NCBI RefSeq assembly: GCF_001642725.1
Contig: NZ_LSUQ01000008.1
Location: 1 to 64,000 of the forward strand
Direction: 5' to 3'
From: Ferroacidibacillus organovorans
GTDB taxonomy: Bacteria > Bacillota > Bacilli > Alicyclobacillales > SLC66
DNA length: 64,000 nt
The translations under genes were made by a program, and so were the position numbers. Below, in pieces: positions 61,407 to 64,000 of this stretch. Under the pieces are notes generated by a model. It was given only the letters and a program-made list of their open reading frames with translations, made no database searches and had not been told where the DNA came from. How positions within the stretch are numbered: the stretch's first letter is position 1; each line of letters starts with the position of its first letter.

Positions 61407-63005
61407 CCCGGATTTCGACGGTTTTGTCCTCAATGAATTGACGTGAGTAATTGAAAAGGCGCTCCCTGTAAGGCTAAGATGAGTTTGTCGAGAACCACAT
61501 CTCAAGCCAGAAAGGAGCACCTTTTGGGTGAATCATACACCAAAACACCACCGTCGGAAAAGCAGTAAAATACATACCCGCTTTAATCTTCATTCTGTCA
61601 CCGCTTTTGGCGGAGCAACAGGGCTCATAGATTTCGTTCTTGGAACTGGCATTGACAGCAATTTCCGCGTGGAGGGTCTGCGTAAAAGAACAGACGCTCA
61701 GTTCCAAATGGATGATGTGGCGCTGACATTCATACTAGGCTCCCTGCTGGGTCAGGAACGAATTTTCCACTTCGAGGACATCGAACAAGATCCTCTTCTT
61801 AAGCTCAAGCTAGATTTGCCGAAGCTGCCCGATACCACTCTGCTGTACAAGGATTTAAAAAGGATGGGCTCTTCGGAAGGCATGAAGGCCGTTCGCTCAG
61901 CACAGCGTCAAATACTGAAATCCTCGCTCCCTAAAGGACGGGATATTGTCGTGGATATCGACTCTTCCGTAGAAACGGTATATGGCAACCAAGAGAAGTC
62001 TGCCGTCGGGTTTAATCCACATCATCACGGCAGAGCTAGCTTTCATCCCTTGCTGGCATTTGACTCGCAGACTGGCTGTTGCATCTATGACGAACTGCGC
62101 TCTGGTGACGCTCACACGGCAGATGGGTTCGCAGACTTTTACGAAGCGATAAAGAAGCAGTTACCCGATGGCGTCCACATCCGTGCAATCCGTAGCGACA
62201 AAGGATTCACAGGGGAGAAAGTATTTCAACCGCTAGAACAAGACGGGCAAGACTACGTCATCAAGCTGAAGTGGACAAAGCGATTGGCAGAGCTTGCACA
62301 GGTGCCAAATCTCGCTTGGCGCTGCATCACCCAAAGCGATAACGAACACTGCGATGTCGCCTCCACCATGTATCGGGCAACATCTTGGGAGAAACCTCGA
62401 CGGGTTGTCATTGTTCGGCGGTTAGACGTTGAACCGGAGGAAGTCCTGTGTGCGGATTGGATGTGGGAGTACGAGGCGATTGCCACAACGCTGGACTGGG
62501 GTGGCGAGGATATATGGCATTTCTACAACTATCGTGGTAACGCTGAGAATCACATCAAGGAGGCAAAATACGGTTTTGCCATCGACCAATTTTCCAGCCA
62601 GAACTACGGTGCAAACCAAGCACTGCAAGGTCTGAAATTGCTGGCGTACAACCTATTCCTGCTGTACAAACAAGTGGCGTTGCAACCAGCGGTTCGTCCG
62701 TGGACAGCGGGACGAATTCGTCGCAGACTTCTGTTCCTACCTGGAATTCTGGTCCGACATGCAAGACAGTGGACCATGCGTCTCCCCGAGTTTGCAGATC
62801 GTCTATCAGCACAGATGCTTCAGACTGTACCATAGTGATTTCCAAACCGAATCTGGGAAAGTAGTGGCCTCTGCTGGGGAGGGGGGAAGTGTGTTCAAAT
62901 ACAGAAAAAAGCGCGTAATACCGTCGTGATCGCATACATATTTACCGATATATTGAATTTCCAGCCCTGCCGGGCTGGTTAATGAACAAACCGTCGAAAT
63001 CCGGG
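61407..63005 (+). mobile_element. IS1380-family insertion sequence, no target duplication
   Basis: TIRs CCCGGATTTCGACGGTTT / AAACCGTCGAAATCCGGG; the flanks do not match. Confidence 0.88.
61528..62835 (+). CDS. IS1380-family transposase
   Basis: VDIDSS, YGNQE, FHPLL, RSDKGF, FYNYRGNAENHIKEAK, LAYNL. Confidence 0.92.
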   Translation: MNHTPKHHRRKSSKIHTRFNLHSVTAFGGATGLIDFVLGTGIDSNFRVEGLRKRTDAQFQMDDVALTFILGSLLGQERIFHFEDIEQDPLLKLKLDLPKLPDTTLLYKDLKRMGSSEGMKAVRSAQRQILKSSLPKGRDIVVDIDSSVETVYGNQEKSAVGFNPHHHGRASFHPLLAFDSQTGCCIYDELRSGDAHTADGFADFYEAIKKQLPDGVHIRAIRSDKGFTGEKVFQPLEQDGQDYVIKLKWTKRLAELAQVPNLAWRCITQSDNEHCDVASTMYRATSWEKPRRVVIVRRLDVEPEEVLCADWMWEYEAIATTLDWGGEDIWHFYNYRGNAENHIKEAKYGFAIDQFSSQNYGANQALQGLKLLAYNLFLLYKQVALQPAVRPWTAGRIRRRLLFLPGILVRHARQWTMRLPEFADRLSAQMLQTVP

Positions 63006-63129
63006 ATGAACATCCTTCCTAACCAATCCTATGATTTTGGGGTTGCCGGGCAGGGACCAAATAGCCTCGCCTATTTCAACGGTTTACACCCCGTCTGTTC
63101 GTTCAGAGTGGAAATGACTTGGGGAGAAA

Positions 63130-63348
63130 ATGGTGAATGTCACGGACGATATCTTCTCGAAGGGGTATACAAAGGTTATTCTGATTGGCAGCGATATGCC
63201 ACTGATGACCTCAGAACTGCTGAATCAAACCACCTTTGACCGAGAGGTCCATGACTGCGTGCTTGGTTCCGCCGTCCAGTCCGCCAAGTTTTCCATGGAA
63301 TCGATTGGAGCACAAGCACGATCTTTAGCAAAACCCGGAACATTCTAG
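63130..63348 (+). pseudogene. Fragment of a DUF2064/TIGR04282-like glycosyltransferase
   Basis: GYTKVILIGSDMP.....L...DCVLG motif; lacks both termini. Confidence 0.5.
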
Positions 63349-63778
63349 ACGTGACAGGACACTCCTATGCGCTATTGCCAGAACACAGAGATATTGACGA
63401 CTGGTCCGACCTGGCGTTTTATGCAAATGAAGTTGCACATTTAGAACGACTGCCAAATACCTTTCGCTGGATGTTTGTGGCAGGATAAAAGTGCGAGCTA
63501 TATGGCCCTTCACAGTCCCTTATCTCGAAAGATGGTCAAACTCTGTGCGAGAGCATGTGCAATGTGTGGGCAAGAGTGTCTTCGATTTCTATACAAAGAA
63601 TCCTAAAATTGCTGGGCATATGTGCTCGAATTGCGCTGAAGAATGTCAACGTTTTGCTTCCCAGATCTCCTAGTGATACCTGCTTAGCTATTTGACAAGA
63701 CTACACCCGATGACAAAATGGGGAAGACCACTCCCCCATACACGCTCACAGATTTGGTGCAGACTCTTGCCCTGGCGC

Positions 63779-64000
63779 TTATCCCAACGGTATGGGCATT
63801 TTCACTTGGAAGAAAATAAGGTAGATGCTGGCTAAAATCAGCACCGTACCAGCGAACTTTTCGATTTTGGACGCCCATTTCTGAATGAATGACTTGACCA
63901 ACGTCGAAGATGTCAATGCGACAATGGTCAGGATGACACCCTTGCCAATTGCGTACGTGACAAGTATCGCTGCCCCGGCCCAGATGTTCGCACTTGCCGC
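63779..64000 (-). CDS. C-terminal part of a CcdA/DsbD-like membrane protein (continues beyond the window)
   Basis: Manual translation AASANIWAGAAILVTYAIGKGVIL...KIEKFAGTVLILASIYLIFF...-TAA(63779). Confidence 0.55.
   Translation of the reverse strand, partial: AASANIWAGAAILVTYAIGKGVILTIVALTSSTLVKSFIQKWASKIEKFAGTVLILASIYLIFFQVKMPIPLG

Overview
A 64-kb accessory region from a Bacillota genome. Gene content and sigma-A/RBS style suggest an Alicyclobacillus-like spore-former (inference). No rRNA, tRNA or CRISPR array was seen. (1) 1-13.7 kb is an anti-phage defence island. It holds a DISARM class II-like drmE-drmA pair (drmA is absent from the ORF track because it runs off the left edge, where it appears to hit an IS66 end), a complete qatABCD system, and between them an uncharacterised cassette: a glycine-zipper microprotein plus a GDPH-motif protein, divergent from an XRE-ImmA/IrrE fusion that has lost its HExxH motif. 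The island ends at a yyaL/DUF255 5' fragment broken just before its CxxC codons, which reappear inside a perfect 19-bp inverted repeat (att-like). (2) 14-25 kb is a decaying mixed region: MarR-DUF2938, csp and czcD pseudogenes, a Mrr remnant, BI-1, YwmB, YIEGIA, and a c-di-AMP riboswitch-NlpC/P60 gene. (3) 25-50 kb is a copper/metal homeostasis island: csoR-copA-copZ, two 2-domain multicopper oxidases, Csp, a (GGHxEHH)7 His-rich peptide, a Met-rich mini-lipoprotein, TlpA/CcdA/Lgt, and two copies of a Fur-family regulator plus HGITPDEH permease with palindromic operators. (4) 50-64 kb has nested mobile elements (an IS1380 inside a tyrosine-recombinase + IS91-transposase element inside a peptidase gene), a response regulator-hypothetical-pspA / peroxiredoxin stress locus with a shared direct-repeat motif, and a second IS1380 at a probable deletion junction. 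Family assignments come from motif recognition, not database searches.
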